Assembly (NCBI GenBank): GCA_004764695.1
Contig: SMSO01000032.1
Coordinates: 3,318,483-3,382,482 of the forward strand
DNA length: 64,000 nucleotides
Reading direction: 5' to 3'
Origin: Schizochytrium sp. TIO01
Lineage: Eukaryota > Protista > Bigyra: Labyrinthulomycetes
Part shown: positions 1-11,700 of the stretch, piece after piece
How positions within the stretch are numbered: the first letter of the stretch is position 1
Layout: each line of letters begins with the position of its first letter
Program-made: the position numbers and the translations under genes
Notes under the pieces: generated by a model
Told to the model about the DNA's origin: nothing
Database searches by the model: none
What the model saw: the letters and a program-made list of their open reading frames with translations, nothing else

Positions 1-88
1 AGCTTGCACGGGCCGCAATCGAGAGCCTTGAGAGCTCTTCTTCTGTCTCTCTCGGCCTCTGCCAATTTGAGTGCTATTCAGGTGACTT

Positions 89-94
<6 letters not shown>

Positions 95-128
<34 letters not shown>

Positions 129-190
129 TTTTACTTTCTTTCTTTCTTTCTTTTTTACTTTCTTACTTAAAGAAGAAGAAGAAGAAGAAG
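95..190. repeat. (CTTT)n followed by (GAA)n microsatellites
   Basis: Visible tttctttctttc... tract then aagaagaagaagaagaag. Confidence 0.85.
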
Positions 191-1394
191 GAGCAATGAG
201 GTTTACTTTACTTTTGCAGCAGAGCTGAGCTGCCCCCCGGAGAGGCCCTTCTACCCTTAACCCTAATAGTTCCGGGGAGCGCAGCCATCGTGACAGTGTG
301 TTGCTATGTAATACTGGCACTGCCTCTTTAGTCCTCGCAGTAGCTGGTGCTAGAGTATGCAGCACTCTAGGTACTTGCTAGCGCCTTTTAGGAGCTGCCG
401 CTAGCGAAGACTGCTAAGGTGTGGGTACGTGTCTGGGTCTCGTAGAGGTGGCTTAGAGGAAGGCCTAGGAAGGGAAGGAAGACAGGAAGGAGAAAGACAC
501 TTGAGAGTAAAGTGAGAGAAGTAGAGAGAGGGAAAGTAGAAAGGGGCCTAGTAGTGCCTACTGCCTACCTAGCTACCTCTAGCACCTCATTTTCAATTTC
601 TTTCTTCATCTTTTCATTTATCGATACAAAGAAGACTAATATGGGAAACAGGAGCGACAAAAGCCACGAAGAACTTACCAAGTTCGCTCAAAGAAGCTCG
701 AAGGAGCCTGAAGAGGCAGAGGGCCGTCGGCTTCGGTCCACTTCAGACCTCCGCAGACTCTGCGACGGTCGGCCGCCCAAAGAAATCGATCACCCAAACC
801 AACGAAGAAACTGAACCTCAGAGGAGTAAGTAAGTCCGTTCGAGCGACCTCTTCAAAGAATCTCTTCTAACTTGAAGAATCTCTTCTCATTTTGCCACAA
901 TTAGAGCTTCTCCTATGACGCTCTTATCGCCTCATATACACCACAATCAACTCATCGTCTGGTGCCGCCTATGAACCTCCTAGTGACCTCCTAACCGTTA
1001 CCGTAGGCCTCCCCGCCGTCCCTCTTTCTCCCCTTCAAGTATACCTACTAGAATTATGAAAACTCTTTCCTCGAGCTTGAGCCTAAGCAGAGGCTAGGAC
1101 CTCCTACACGAAGGTGGGGTAGGACCTGCATAGGCGACTGGTAGCACTCGGGTTCTTGTCATCAGCAGTAGGAGTCTGCTCCGTCAAAACGGGAGCGAAC
1201 GGCCTCAAGCAACGGCAGCGCAGCGATCGATCTCAGAGCAGAGAGCGATTGGTGTCGCTGTGTGGGCGGACGAGGAGGCTTGAAGCTTCGGCTTGGGCTT
1301 AAGTTGAGGGTTTATGAACACCACTTCTTTGGAATGACCAATGACCTTCATTCACAGTTATTTTTTGAGCTAGAGTAGAATTGCTCAAGTTTAT

Positions 1395-1425
1395 AAATTT
1401 ATTTATTTATTTATTTATTTATTTA
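1395..1425. repeat. (ATTT)n microsatellite
   Basis: aaatttatttatttatttatttatttattta. Confidence 0.85.
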
Positions 1426-3629
1426 ATTCACTCCTTTTTTTTAATATTTGTATTTTCAGTATGATTATAAATAAAATATACTTGTTTAAAAATTATACTC
1501 TCAACAGAAACAACTTGAACAACAGTTTTTTTTGGTTTGCTTTTTTGTTTGTTTTTTCAACTAAGTTTTAAAAACTGGTTGAAAAAACTGATACTCTTTC
1601 GGCCGCGCTCTCTCTTTTGTTTGTGAAAGAGCTCTGCGCATACAGTAATACCTGCGTCGATTGAAGGTTGAATTCAAGAGAACACGATCTGATTCGAATT
1701 TATTTACGTACCTACCTCTAGAGAGAGCAATAGCAGCCCTCAGGAAATTGTGCCTGATGAGATGAGTGTGAGGAGAAGGGGAACCTCAGTGGGGACACTT
1801 GCAGTCCATTCTGAAGAAGTCAGTACAGAGGACGCGAAGAGCAGCCGGCCACGGGGAAATACCCCCTCCTCTCGGGTTTATGAATAGGACTGTCCGGCAC
1901 AGGGGTTCTGCCGAGTCTGAATAGCTCAGTGGAGTAGAGGGCCCAAGAAACCATCGAACTCCTCTGTGAGCAGCACGATGTCTGTCGACTTAACGGGTTT
2001 ATTCACCAAACTTTGAGTAGTCCCGGCTCTGCTCTCCACTGTGTTGAATACTTTACGTTTCACCGTCACTGACATCAAATAGATGCAGTGGTGTCAGTCG
2101 AAGAGACTCCTTTTGAAGACCACCACACTGACATTTATCACGGGCCCCTGACCTAGAGTTTCCACACATTCCCAAGTCAGCCGCAAGCTACCCAGACTCA
2201 TCAATATCTTTTTTATCCTCCTCACATGAAGAATCCTTCAGCCAGTGATGAAATCTCCGAGTTTGCCTCTGATTCCAACTGTAGGTCTCTGGAGGCAGTG
2301 ACGGAGTAACCTCCATCGGTCGCCGGCTCTGAACTGCGTAGGATAGTCTACTTGCACGGTTTTAATTCTCTACTTGTGACAAGTAGGCTATTTACAGTGC
2401 AAGTAGGATATAGATGGATTGTGCCCAGTATCGCCAAGTGGCACCTGAGACGCCCATAGTGAGCGTGCGTGGGTCTCTCTGTTCGTCCCTGCTATGCCCA
2501 GTAACTACTCTTTTCCAGCTCCCTGGTCCCCTCTCGCTCCACTGCGCCTCTTCCACTGCGTATTTCCCACTGTATATCCCACGCATAACCCACTTGCCAC
2601 GGCATCCACAAGTAGACTATAGCGCCCGTGCAAGTGAAACATTTTGCAATCAGAGGCCCTTACGGTTCAAAACATGGCGGTCGAGGGCTCTGTTGAGAGG
2701 GGCCTTCACTGAGGAGCATAGGAGACAGTGTGCATGGGAGGGGGAGGTGGAAGCAAGGCGCGACTGAGGGGGAGCGTAGTGTTAGTATGAGGTACATGGC
2801 AGAACAAACAAACAGCAAACAAACAGACTTGAGACTGAGACCGACCGAGACTGCCGTCGGCTGGCCAGGCAAAGAACAGCGCAGGCCGACTGCCAGCGAG
2901 ATAGACCGGAGGAGCCTCGTCCAGGCGGCGCCACCCCTTCCCGCCCCGGCAGGCCTCTGTGCACGAGAACTTGGAGTCCGCAGGCAGGTCCCGCATCTTG
3001 CCTCGGTCGCTTTGGCGTTCCTTCTTTCTCTTCCTCTTTGTTTCAAATTCTCTTTGTTTTGCAAAATATAATTCGATATATATATATATATTGTAAGTAA
3101 GAGAGAGAGACAGACAGACAAAGAGGCGCAGCAGAACAAGAAACCCGCGACGACGACGACGACGACGTCGAGGAAGACTCTTGAGAGCTTGTTCTGCAGG
3201 AGAGGCGCTGCCGCTGCTGCTCTCTTGGTCTGCTTGCATCGCAGCGCGCGGTTCCTCGGTTACTTTCCTACTCTGATTTATTCGTTCCTTCAGTGAATCA
3301 ATCAATCAATCGCTCAGTTAATTGAATTGCCCGCTCGTTCGAAGTTCTTTCGTTCCATTGCTGCAGCACCACTCGCACCACTAGCGGGGAGGGAAACACT
3401 CGAACTTTAGCAAATTGCCTGCAAAGCCGCCGCCGCGGCGCATACAGCACCGACAAGAACAGGTGCAGCTCACAGCCTCTCGAGCAGGTCTTGGAGCAAT
3501 TCGAGCGCTCTGCGTCAGGGAGTTTTGAATAGCTGAGCATTAGGACCTCCTACACTCCTTTGCCCTTGTTTCTCCTCGTTTTCTGTTTCTTCTTTGTTAT
3601 TGTATACTCCGTGGAAACTAAGAAAGAGA

Positions 3630-3676
3630 AAACAAACAAACAAACAAACAAACAAACAAACAAACAAACAACAAAC
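3630..3676. repeat. (AAAC)n microsatellite in the probable 5' UTR of the zinc-hook-like gene
   Basis: aacaaacaaacaaacaaac... It accounts for the TNKQTNKQ stretch in the extended ORF. Confidence 0.85.
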
Positions 3677-3751
3677 TTCGAAAGGCGCGATCAAAGCTGC
3701 CCAAGAGGCGCTTGGGTTCGCTGCTTTCCAGAAGTTTTAACTTCATCCGGA

Positions 3752-4666
3752 ATGGCTCCGCCTTCATCATCCAGCGCTGCGCAGACGCTCTGTGCAGACA
3801 GCGAAAGCGTTCTTGCATGCGGCCTTGTCCTCAAGCAGCACGATCACCATCATGAGCACCTCAAAGGCCACCACCATGAGTTCCACGGACTCATGCCCGG
3901 TCTGGGTGGAGCGCGGACAGGCTGTGGAGGCCTTGTCAAGGCGCACCTGAGCGCGCTGGTTGACAGATCGCCTGAACTCAAGGAACTGCTCGAAGAGCAC
4001 GGCGACCCCGAGGACGCTCACGACCAGTATAAGACCATCCTCGACATTAAAACCGACATGGAGCGCGACATAAGCATCTTTGCAGGTGCAATTCAACTTC
4101 TCACGGACCAACATGACGATACAGAGGCAGGCACATGCTGCAGTGTGTGTCTGCGTGAGTTTGAGTCGAATGCAGACCTCCGCACCGCTCTGGCAGAGCT
4201 GGATGCTAAAATTCGCGCAACAGAAGTTGCCAGGGACAAATCTTGCGTTGTGGAAAGATATCATCTATGCAAAATTGCTCTGGAAACTGCTCAGCGCAGC
4301 GGGGGAAACTTTGAGGACGCAATGGACACTGATGATGACGATGTTGAGCGCAGCTCGCAGAACTCGTCTTGTGTTTCTGGAGGTTCTCCCCGTGGGCCCA
4401 CCGAGATGGTCATCGTGGAAGGGGACTCAGATGCCGGATCTGAGGACTCTGGACAACCTGCACTGGACATGTGCCAGCGGGTTGCATTTAATATTCGAAC
4501 AGGTCAGCTCACGGAACTTCGTAACCAGAAGGTAGAAAACCTTCAGGACCAACGGTGCTTTGCCTGCCACAGAGACTTTTCCGGAACCGGCCTCGCGGAG
4601 TACCTCCGTAATGTAGACCGCCGCGCCTACGCCATGTCGGAGCGCCTGCACCATTTTGTGAATTAA
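3752..4666 (+). CDS. Hypothetical protein (~304 aa) with a His-rich segment and two Rad50 zinc-hook-like CxxCxRxF motifs
   Basis: First ATG of ORF 3560..4666 is at 3752 (MAPPSSS); GC-rich and coding-like. Motifs: HDHHHEHLKGHHHEFH, CCSVCLREFESNADLRTALAELDAKIR (~4136-4220) and CFACHRDFSGTGLAEYLRNVDRR (~4556-4625). No Walker A/B. Confidence 0.8.
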   Translation: MAPPSSSSAAQTLCADSESVLACGLVLKQHDHHHEHLKGHHHEFHGLMPGLGGARTGCGGLVKAHLSALVDRSPELKELLEEHGDPEDAHDQYKTILDIKTDMERDISIFAGAIQLLTDQHDDTEAGTCCSVCLREFESNADLRTALAELDAKIRATEVARDKSCVVERYHLCKIALETAQRSGGNFEDAMDTDDDDVERSSQNSSCVSGGSPRGPTEMVIVEGDSDAGSEDSGQPALDMCQRVAFNIRTGQLTELRNQKVENLQDQRCFACHRDFSGTGLAEYLRNVDRRAYAMSERLHHFVN

Positions 4667-6289
4667 GCTGGAGCAGTGTGATATCGTCGTCTCCTTGACC
4701 TGGACTTTGGTGACAGCAGTGGCTCGACAACCTTTTTTACATCCTTCATTTCTTTCTTCATATCTGCATTTACATTCGGTTTTTCAATAGACCTGGGACA
4801 TTGTTTTCTTCTTTTCACCACCCAAATGACACACTGACGAGGACGCTGTGATTCTTTCTTATGTTGCTGTTGTTATCAAGTCCTCTTCCTTTGCTCACGG
4901 GAATGGTCGATCGATGTGCATAGGCCAACTTTGTTATTATTGTCGTTGTTGTTGCACTGTATGTAATGTATGCATGTCATTGAACACATATATACACGCA
5001 CGCTCGCAAAGGGATTCGGTTTCTCTCTTTTCATTTTATACCTGCACACATACTACTTTTCTGTCGAAATCCCTTTGTAGGCATGCGCATGCTGGCCTTT
5101 GCGCATGTTCGATCATCTGTTGACCCCCCTCAACCTTTTACATATCCAATTCTTTCCCGTGGTTTTGCCCCGCCTCCGTTTGGAACGTTGGTGCGGCAAA
5201 TTGTTTGATGATCTCTTTTTTTTTCATTTCATTTTCAATTCATTCGTACTTTTCTCTTTCCAGTTCCTTCCTCTTCTTGAAAAAAGCAACCAGGCCTTTT
5301 GCAAGATTTCCTCATAAAATTTGATGTATCTCTCTCTACCTTGCGTTCAAGAGGGAATCCGCTCTTGTAGTCTTTGGTAATACACAATTATTCTTTTAAA
5401 GTGACTGCTATAACTTGATACTTGCACTGGCTGGTAAGAGTGATTTTTTGATAGACAACAATGCTAGTATGTACCTTCGATCCCATGAGATATGTTTTGA
5501 TTTGAGCTTTTACCCTTTGCGAATAGTGAGAGTGCTGATGTCTGGATGTCTACTACAACTCCCAGTATTTCGACTACTTCTAGCTAACAATCTTTTAGTG
5601 AGTTAAATCCGTCACTCATTTGCCCCCGTTTATGACTACGTAGGTAGTAGAGAAAATATCACCAAAACTTCGGTTCTTGTCCCCTCTGTGTTCTCTTTAA
5701 ATGGGCAGCCGTTTTACATTTCACATACACTTCCACCTTCACATTTATTTTAAATTTGTAGTATGAATATAAGAATAATTTTTTAATTTTTTTTTAAATG
5801 GAAACAGCGTTTTATCAGTACGGATAACTACTATCAAGAACAGGCACTTTGAGATTCAATTTGCATATCGTAAAGGCTGCCTATAAATCAACCAATCCCT
5901 GGACTTAAAACTCAAGTATGACTATATGTCTTAGAATAGTAGGTATATCCTAGAAATCTAGGTACGACACGAACCTACCTTAGAAAACAAAGCAGCACTT
6001 GCGCCTGCCCAGCTAGGTCAAAACAGATTCATTATTTTGTGTTCTTTAAAAACACCTTTTCCTTTCTTCTATAATTATTTACAAATGCATGGAGCCTTCA
6101 CCTGCGTGAAGAGTCGAGCTGTTTTTTTTTTTGAATAAACAAAAGCAGAAAGGAGCCTAATCCGAGGAGAAGAAGACGGGACTCCATGTTATGAAGATAG
6201 GTTACTCAATCTCACGATGAATCAAACGAGACGGCAGCCCACTTCAAAAAGAAAAACAACTCCAATCGGTCCAAATATGAACAAATTGA

Positions 6290-8023
6290 CTAGGCTTGAG
6301 CATGGGTCCGAGCTTGCTGTGCTTCGTTATGAAGGCGGTTCATGTCATGCAATTGAGCTTTGATATACTCGTCAGTCATTTCTGACTCAGGGGCATACAC
6401 CAGGCGAGACTCCAACCCCTCGCGGCACTCTGAAGGGGCGCAGCAAATGTCTTGCAAACAAGCATTACACAACCCCCAATGACCTCGAGCAATCTCACCC
6501 AGAAGCTGAGCACGACTCCAGCCAGCATAACCAAAAAAGGCCAACACGCGGCCCTTTTCGCCTGCAGAGAGCCCCCGAATATTCGTGGACTTGGCACGGA
6601 TTGTAGCGCCGCCCATCAAGTGCACAACCCACCGACCCGAAGCTAAGTGATACCGCTCAAGAATACCGCGGCTTCCATTGTGTCGCATTGCTTTAGTTAA
6701 ACTGTGTAGCTCCACGAGCTGGCCAACAACAAGACCGTCGTGTTTTGACGATGCCCGCTTACCAGCTAAGACCATCGCATCAACAAGATCGTCAGAAAAG
6801 CTATAGCCCCCAGGTCCACCCATAACAATGCAAGCCATGGGCATATGTGGATGACAGGGCCCACCTTTATAGCACACAACAGCCACATCTGCTGCAGCTT
6901 GGAACAATAATGAGGCCTTCGCACGTGCAGCTTCGATGCATAGAGCAGCACGGTTTGGCAAAGGCGCTGCCATAGGTCTTGTGAGGTTGATCGCTTGAAT
7001 GGTATCATCGGAGCAATTCGCCGGCGCCTGAGCTACTACAGTAAATGGCAGCTCAAGTTCCGCAAGTGCAGCTTCAAGTCCCTTCTCCGTAACCCCTGGC
7101 ACCGTTTCTTCGACGTTTATCACGTATGTGCGACCTTGCATCTCGATGCTTGCTGGTTCGTCAGGAGTCGCATTTGAAATGTCCTCCCGGATCATCTCAA
7201 GCTCCTCGGGATCGTCCATTCGCATGAAAAAAAAACCATCGTCTTGCTCGACCCCGTTGATCAGATAAGCACTGCGCGCCCAATGGGCAAGAGATGTGAG
7301 CTCCATTAAAGTCGGGTCCCCTCCAGCCTCTTCCTCGAGCATGTCTGTGAACATCTTCCGTGCTGCAATAAAACGCCGAGGTGCAATTAGTGCCGCAATC
7401 TCAGCCCCCGTAAAGCTCTGCATCAGCTCCATTCGAGTGGGAGGTGGGCAGGTAAACGGACTTTTGCATACTCCGCAGATGTGATGTCTGTCATCGTCGG
7501 AATAAAACATTGGATGTGTCGGCTGACTTACAAGCACCATGCGCTGCCATCGACGAAGACATCCCATATGCACGTAGCGTTGGTCGCCTCTGCAGGCGCA
7601 AACATCCTTAACCAGCTTCTCTTTCTCGTTGCCCTCAAAGCAGAATCTGCACATTGGATCCTCATCGTCTTCGGCGCTAGTTTTGTTTCTAGCGTCAGTC
7701 TTGGCATCTGAATTGATGCTTTTTTCAACGATCTCTTCAGTGACAGAATTTGTTTCCATGTTGTTGGACTTCTCCGACCCGTTCTTTGAGTTTCGGCTGT
7801 CGCCAGTTTCTGCGTTTGCAGAATCGCCGGCAGTGTTTTCTTTCGCTCCGTCGACGTCGCTTGCAGCGCTTGGGGTCTTGGCGGCGTCAGTGAGCGGCAT
7901 CGAAGCGTCCACAGCGAGGGAGGAGGCGTGTCCCTCATCTTTCGCATTCATCGCACTTTCCTCCGCAGAAACAGCGGGACTTCGTAGTCTTGGGCGCTTG
8001 CTCGCGCTCCCCCCGTCTTCCAT
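6290..8023 (-). CDS. RING-variant (C4HC3) zinc finger fused to a DUF179/AlgH-YqgE-like domain; putative E3 ubiquitin ligase
   Basis: Likely ATG at 8023 (MEDGGSASKRPR, NLS-like). RINGv: CRFCFEG..VCACRGDQRYVHMGCLRRWQ..CGVCKSPF. DUF179 motifs: FIAA..WARSAYLI, AINLTRP, YKGGPC, FFGYAGWSRAQLLGEIARGHWG. Confidence 0.85.
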   Translation of the reverse strand: MEDGGSASKRPRLRSPAVSAEESAMNAKDEGHASSLAVDASMPLTDAAKTPSAASDVDGAKENTAGDSANAETGDSRNSKNGSEKSNNMETNSVTEEIVEKSINSDAKTDARNKTSAEDDEDPMCRFCFEGNEKEKLVKDVCACRGDQRYVHMGCLRRWQRMVLVSQPTHPMFYSDDDRHHICGVCKSPFTCPPPTRMELMQSFTGAEIAALIAPRRFIAARKMFTDMLEEEAGGDPTLMELTSLAHWARSAYLINGVEQDDGFFFMRMDDPEELEMIREDISNATPDEPASIEMQGRTYVINVEETVPGVTEKGLEAALAELELPFTVVAQAPANCSDDTIQAINLTRPMAAPLPNRAALCIEAARAKASLLFQAAADVAVVCYKGGPCHPHMPMACIVMGGPGGYSFSDDLVDAMVLAGKRASSKHDGLVVGQLVELHSLTKAMRHNGSRGILERYHLASGRWVVHLMGGATIRAKSTNIRGLSAGEKGRVLAFFGYAGWSRAQLLGEIARGHWGLCNACLQDICCAPSECREGLESRLVYAPESEMTDEYIKAQLHDMNRLHNEAQQARTHAQA

Positions 8024-8755
8024 CACCTGCGTATGATGAGATGTCCTACGAGTAGGAGCAGCTGTCAAGCAAGTTCTGCTTCTCTTGCCAAGGACACAGA
8101 ACTCGAACTGGCCAGACCTCTGAGATTTATCTTGCTTTGCTTTGGGATTTGGATTGATTCTCCACTTTGTATTGGTATTGCTATTGGTATTGGTAGTACT
8201 GCCTAGACCAGAATTTATACCTGGACTTGAGAGTAAAGACTCCCAGCAGATACTACCTAGGACTCCAAAAAGTATACTCTCTGTTTGATTGCAATGAGCG
8301 TATCGGAGGCTACTCCTGTCGATGCTTTGACTTGAGTTTGAACCTAAGTCAAAGCAACGTCTCCTTAGATTTCGTCGGGAAAACCTGACTGCTGAGGTTG
8401 ATCTCGTTTTCACATGACTGAGAGACCTGCAGGCTGGCTGTGCCTTTGAGACCTCCCGGGCCAGTGTAGTCACCAATAAGGACTGCACAACGCTTGAGCT
8501 CCTCCGGGCAACACCAAACGAGAAGGAGCTGAGCTATTTGAGTACAGTATAGAACCAGCTTACTTTGCAAATCGGTCGCCCTGCGGGCGAAGGTAGAGAG
8601 TGGTGGATTGAATGTAAATCGACTCAAGCGAACCAAGTTTTTCCGTTCAAGACTCAGCTCTTTTTAGATGGATATTGTCAGAATGCTTCAAGGTGGTTTT
8701 AAAAGACAAAAGGAAACATGTGGTAACACATTTAAAGTATGAAAGCTTCAACGGG

Positions 8756-11700
8756 TTATGCATCGTCTGTGATGTTGCAAATGTTGCTAATGACCTCATT
8801 TGCAATGCTTCGCAAACCCACAGAGTCTGAGTAAACTTGCAAATCTTCCACGCCGGCAAGCATATCACTTTTTTTGCTCACACCAATGCGAACTAAGACA
8901 AGATACACGTCGTCATCTGTTCCAATGATGCCATCTGGACCTCGGCGAATAGAAGCTGCAGCATCCTTCGCGCAACCCTTGGGGCTCTTCCGAAAACCTG
9001 CTGCGTTACAACCTGTATTTTTGTTTGGATTTCCGTCAGTTAGAAGGATCGCAACGCGTCGGTCTAAACCTGCCCGTACTGGGGTATTCCAAAAGACTTC
9101 ACTAGCGCTAATCAATGCAGGGCCTGTAGCTGTTCCCGTGTGATAGGCTTCAATTTCTGAAACTGAAGTCTGGAAAGTTTCCTGATCGATCGCTCGAGCA
9201 TCAGTAAAGTTCCACAATATGTTCACATTTGAAGCGTAATTGACAATTGCGAGACGGGAATCAGCAGCTCCAGAACCAACCTGAAAGGCGTAGCTCAATT
9301 GACGCAAAAACATGATAAGATTTGCCCACTCAGTTGAATCGATAGATCCAGAACTGTCCACAATGTACATCACATCATTTACTTTGGGTCCACACGAAGT
9401 TACCGGGGGCGGGGTCATCAGGGTTGGGCTAGGGGTCGGCGCCGAGGTCGCTTCAATGACTGATCTGCATGCCTCAGTTTTCTTACCAGCAAAAAAGTAT
9501 GCATTCGCTGTCCTCTTGGCTCCACTGTAATTTTTGCGTAAATAGCATTTCTTCTTGTTGGAAAGGTATACCCAAACCTCGCATGCGCTTGCGTCAAAAC
9601 AAGCTTCTCCGCAAGCTTTTGCAGTTCCTACCTTGGTGAGGGTTTTGAATGTTTCACCAGGGTAGTTTACGAATTGCGCAAAACATTCTGATTCGTCACT
9701 ACAGTCTTGAGATCCCGAATAGTAGCCTGACTGTCCAGTCTTTAATTTGTATCCTTTTGCCTTCAATAAGCACATGCTTGCAGCAGAATTCCAGGTGTAA
9801 CCAGTGCACATTGTAGTCTCTGTGCACCAAGAATAACAGGCCTTTGCTGAGGTGATTCCTGATGCGCTCTTGACGGTTTTGCCTCCTACATACTGGTACC
9901 CTTCAACAGCACAGTCAAACGTTGTCGGGGCAGCTGTGGAACTTGAACTTGGAGACTCCGTGTCACCTGCAACATTCGTTTGAGTGGGAGCAACTGTTGG
10001 GTTTGCAGTTGGTGAATCGGACGGGTTTGCAGTTGGCGAATCAGTCGGGTTGGCTGTTGGTGAATCAGTCGGGTTGGCTGTTGGCGAATCAGTGGGATTT
10101 GCAGTCGGCGAATCAGTCGGATTAGCAGTCGGCGAATCTGTCGGGTTGGCTGTTGGCGAATCTGTCGGGTTGGTTGTTGGTGAATCGGTCGGGTTTGCAG
10201 TCGGTGAATCAGTCGGGTTGGCTGTTGGCGAATCTGTCGGGTTGGTTGTTGGTGAATCGGTCGGGTTTGCAGTCGGCGAATCAGTCGGATTGGCAGTCGG
10301 CGAATCAGTCGGGTTGGCTGTTGGCGAATCAGTCGGGTTGGCTGTTGGCGAATCAGTCGGGTTGGCTGTTGGCGAATCAGTCGGGTTGGTTGTTGGTGAA
10401 TCGGTCGGGTTTGCAGTCGGTGTATCAGTCGGGTTGGCTGTTGGCGAATCGGTCGGGTTGGCTGTTGGCGAATCGGTCGGGTTGGCTGTTGGCGAATCAG
10501 TCGGGTTTGCAGTTGGTGAATCAGTGGGATTTGCAGTTGGCGAATTAGTGGGATTTGCAGTTGGCGAATTAGTGGGATTTGCAGTCGGCGAATTAGTGGG
10601 ATTTGCAGTCGGCGAATCAGTCGGGTTGGCTGTTGGCGAATCAGTGGGATTTGCAGTTGGCGAATCAGTGGGATTTGCAGTTGGCGAATTAGTGGGATTT
10701 GCAGTCGGCGAATCAGTCGGGTTTGCAGTTGGTGAATCAGTGGGATTTGCAGTTGGCGAATTAGTGGGATTTGCAGTTGGCGAATTAGTGGGATTTGCAG
10801 TTGGCGAATTAGTGGGATTTGCAGTCGGCGAATTAGTGGGATTTGCAGTCGGCGAATCAGTCGGGTTGGCTGTTGGCGAATCAGTCGGGTTTGCAGTTGG
10901 TGAATCAGTGGGATTTGCAGTTGGCGAGTTAGTGGGATTTGCAGTTGGCGAATCCGTCGGGTTGGCTGTTGGCGAATCTGTCGGGTTGGTTGTTGGTGAA
11001 TCGGTCGGGTTTGCAGTCGGTGTATCAGTCGGGTTGGCTGTTGGCGAATCGGTCGGGTTGGTTGTCGGCGAATCAGTCGGGTTGGCTGTTGGCGAATCTG
11101 TCGGGTTGGCTGTTGGCGAATCAGTGGGATTTGCAGTCGGCGAATCAGTCGGGTTGGCTGTTGGCGAATCGGTCGGGTTGGCTGTTGGCGAATCAGTCGG
11201 GTTTGCAGTTGGTGAATCAGTGGGATTTGCAGTTGGCGAATTAGTGGGATTTGCAGTTGGCGAATTAGTGGGATTTGCAGTCGGCGAATTAGTGGGATTT
11301 GCAGTCGGCGAATCAGTCGGGTTGGCTGTTGGCGAATCAGTGGGATTTGCAGTTGGCGAATCAGTGGGATTTGCAGTTGGCGAATTAGTGGGATTTGCAG
11401 TCGGCGAATCAGTCGGGTTTGCAGTTGGTGAATCAGTGGGATTTGCAGTTGGCGAATTAGTGGGATTTGCAGTTGGCGAATTAGTGGGATTTGCAGTTGG
11501 CGAATTAGTGGGATTTGCAGTTGGCGAATTAGTGGGATTTGCAGTCGGCGAATTAGTGGGATTTGCAGTCGGCGAATCAGTCGGGTTGGCTGTTGGCGAA
11601 TCAGTCGGGTTTGCAGTTGGTGAATCAGTGGGATTTGCAGTTGGCGAATTAGTGGGATTTGCAGTTGGCGAATTAGTGGGATTTGCAGTCGGCGAATTAG

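Noticed and set aside
1915-1990. tRNA-like 5' half (gtctgaatagctcagtggagtagag)
   Set aside because: An A-box/D-arm-like string only; no anticodon stem, T-arm (GTTCRA) or acceptor pairing follows.
1700-2700. Possible decayed retroelement gag region (minus-strand RCH..GDTGH knuckle-like, across a frameshift)
   Set aside because: Incomplete CCHC motif, with no RT, integrase or LTR evidence.
2660-3305. Overlapping 113-199 aa ORFs
   Set aside because: They run through (TA)n, (GA)n, (GAC)n and (AAAC)n microsatellites with no domain signal; probably UTR or promoter DNA.
8024-8488. N-terminal extension of the 732-aa ORF (similarly 3560-3751 and 47739-47870)
   Set aside because: Non-ATG starts and low-complexity, UTR-like sequence; downstream ATGs fit better.
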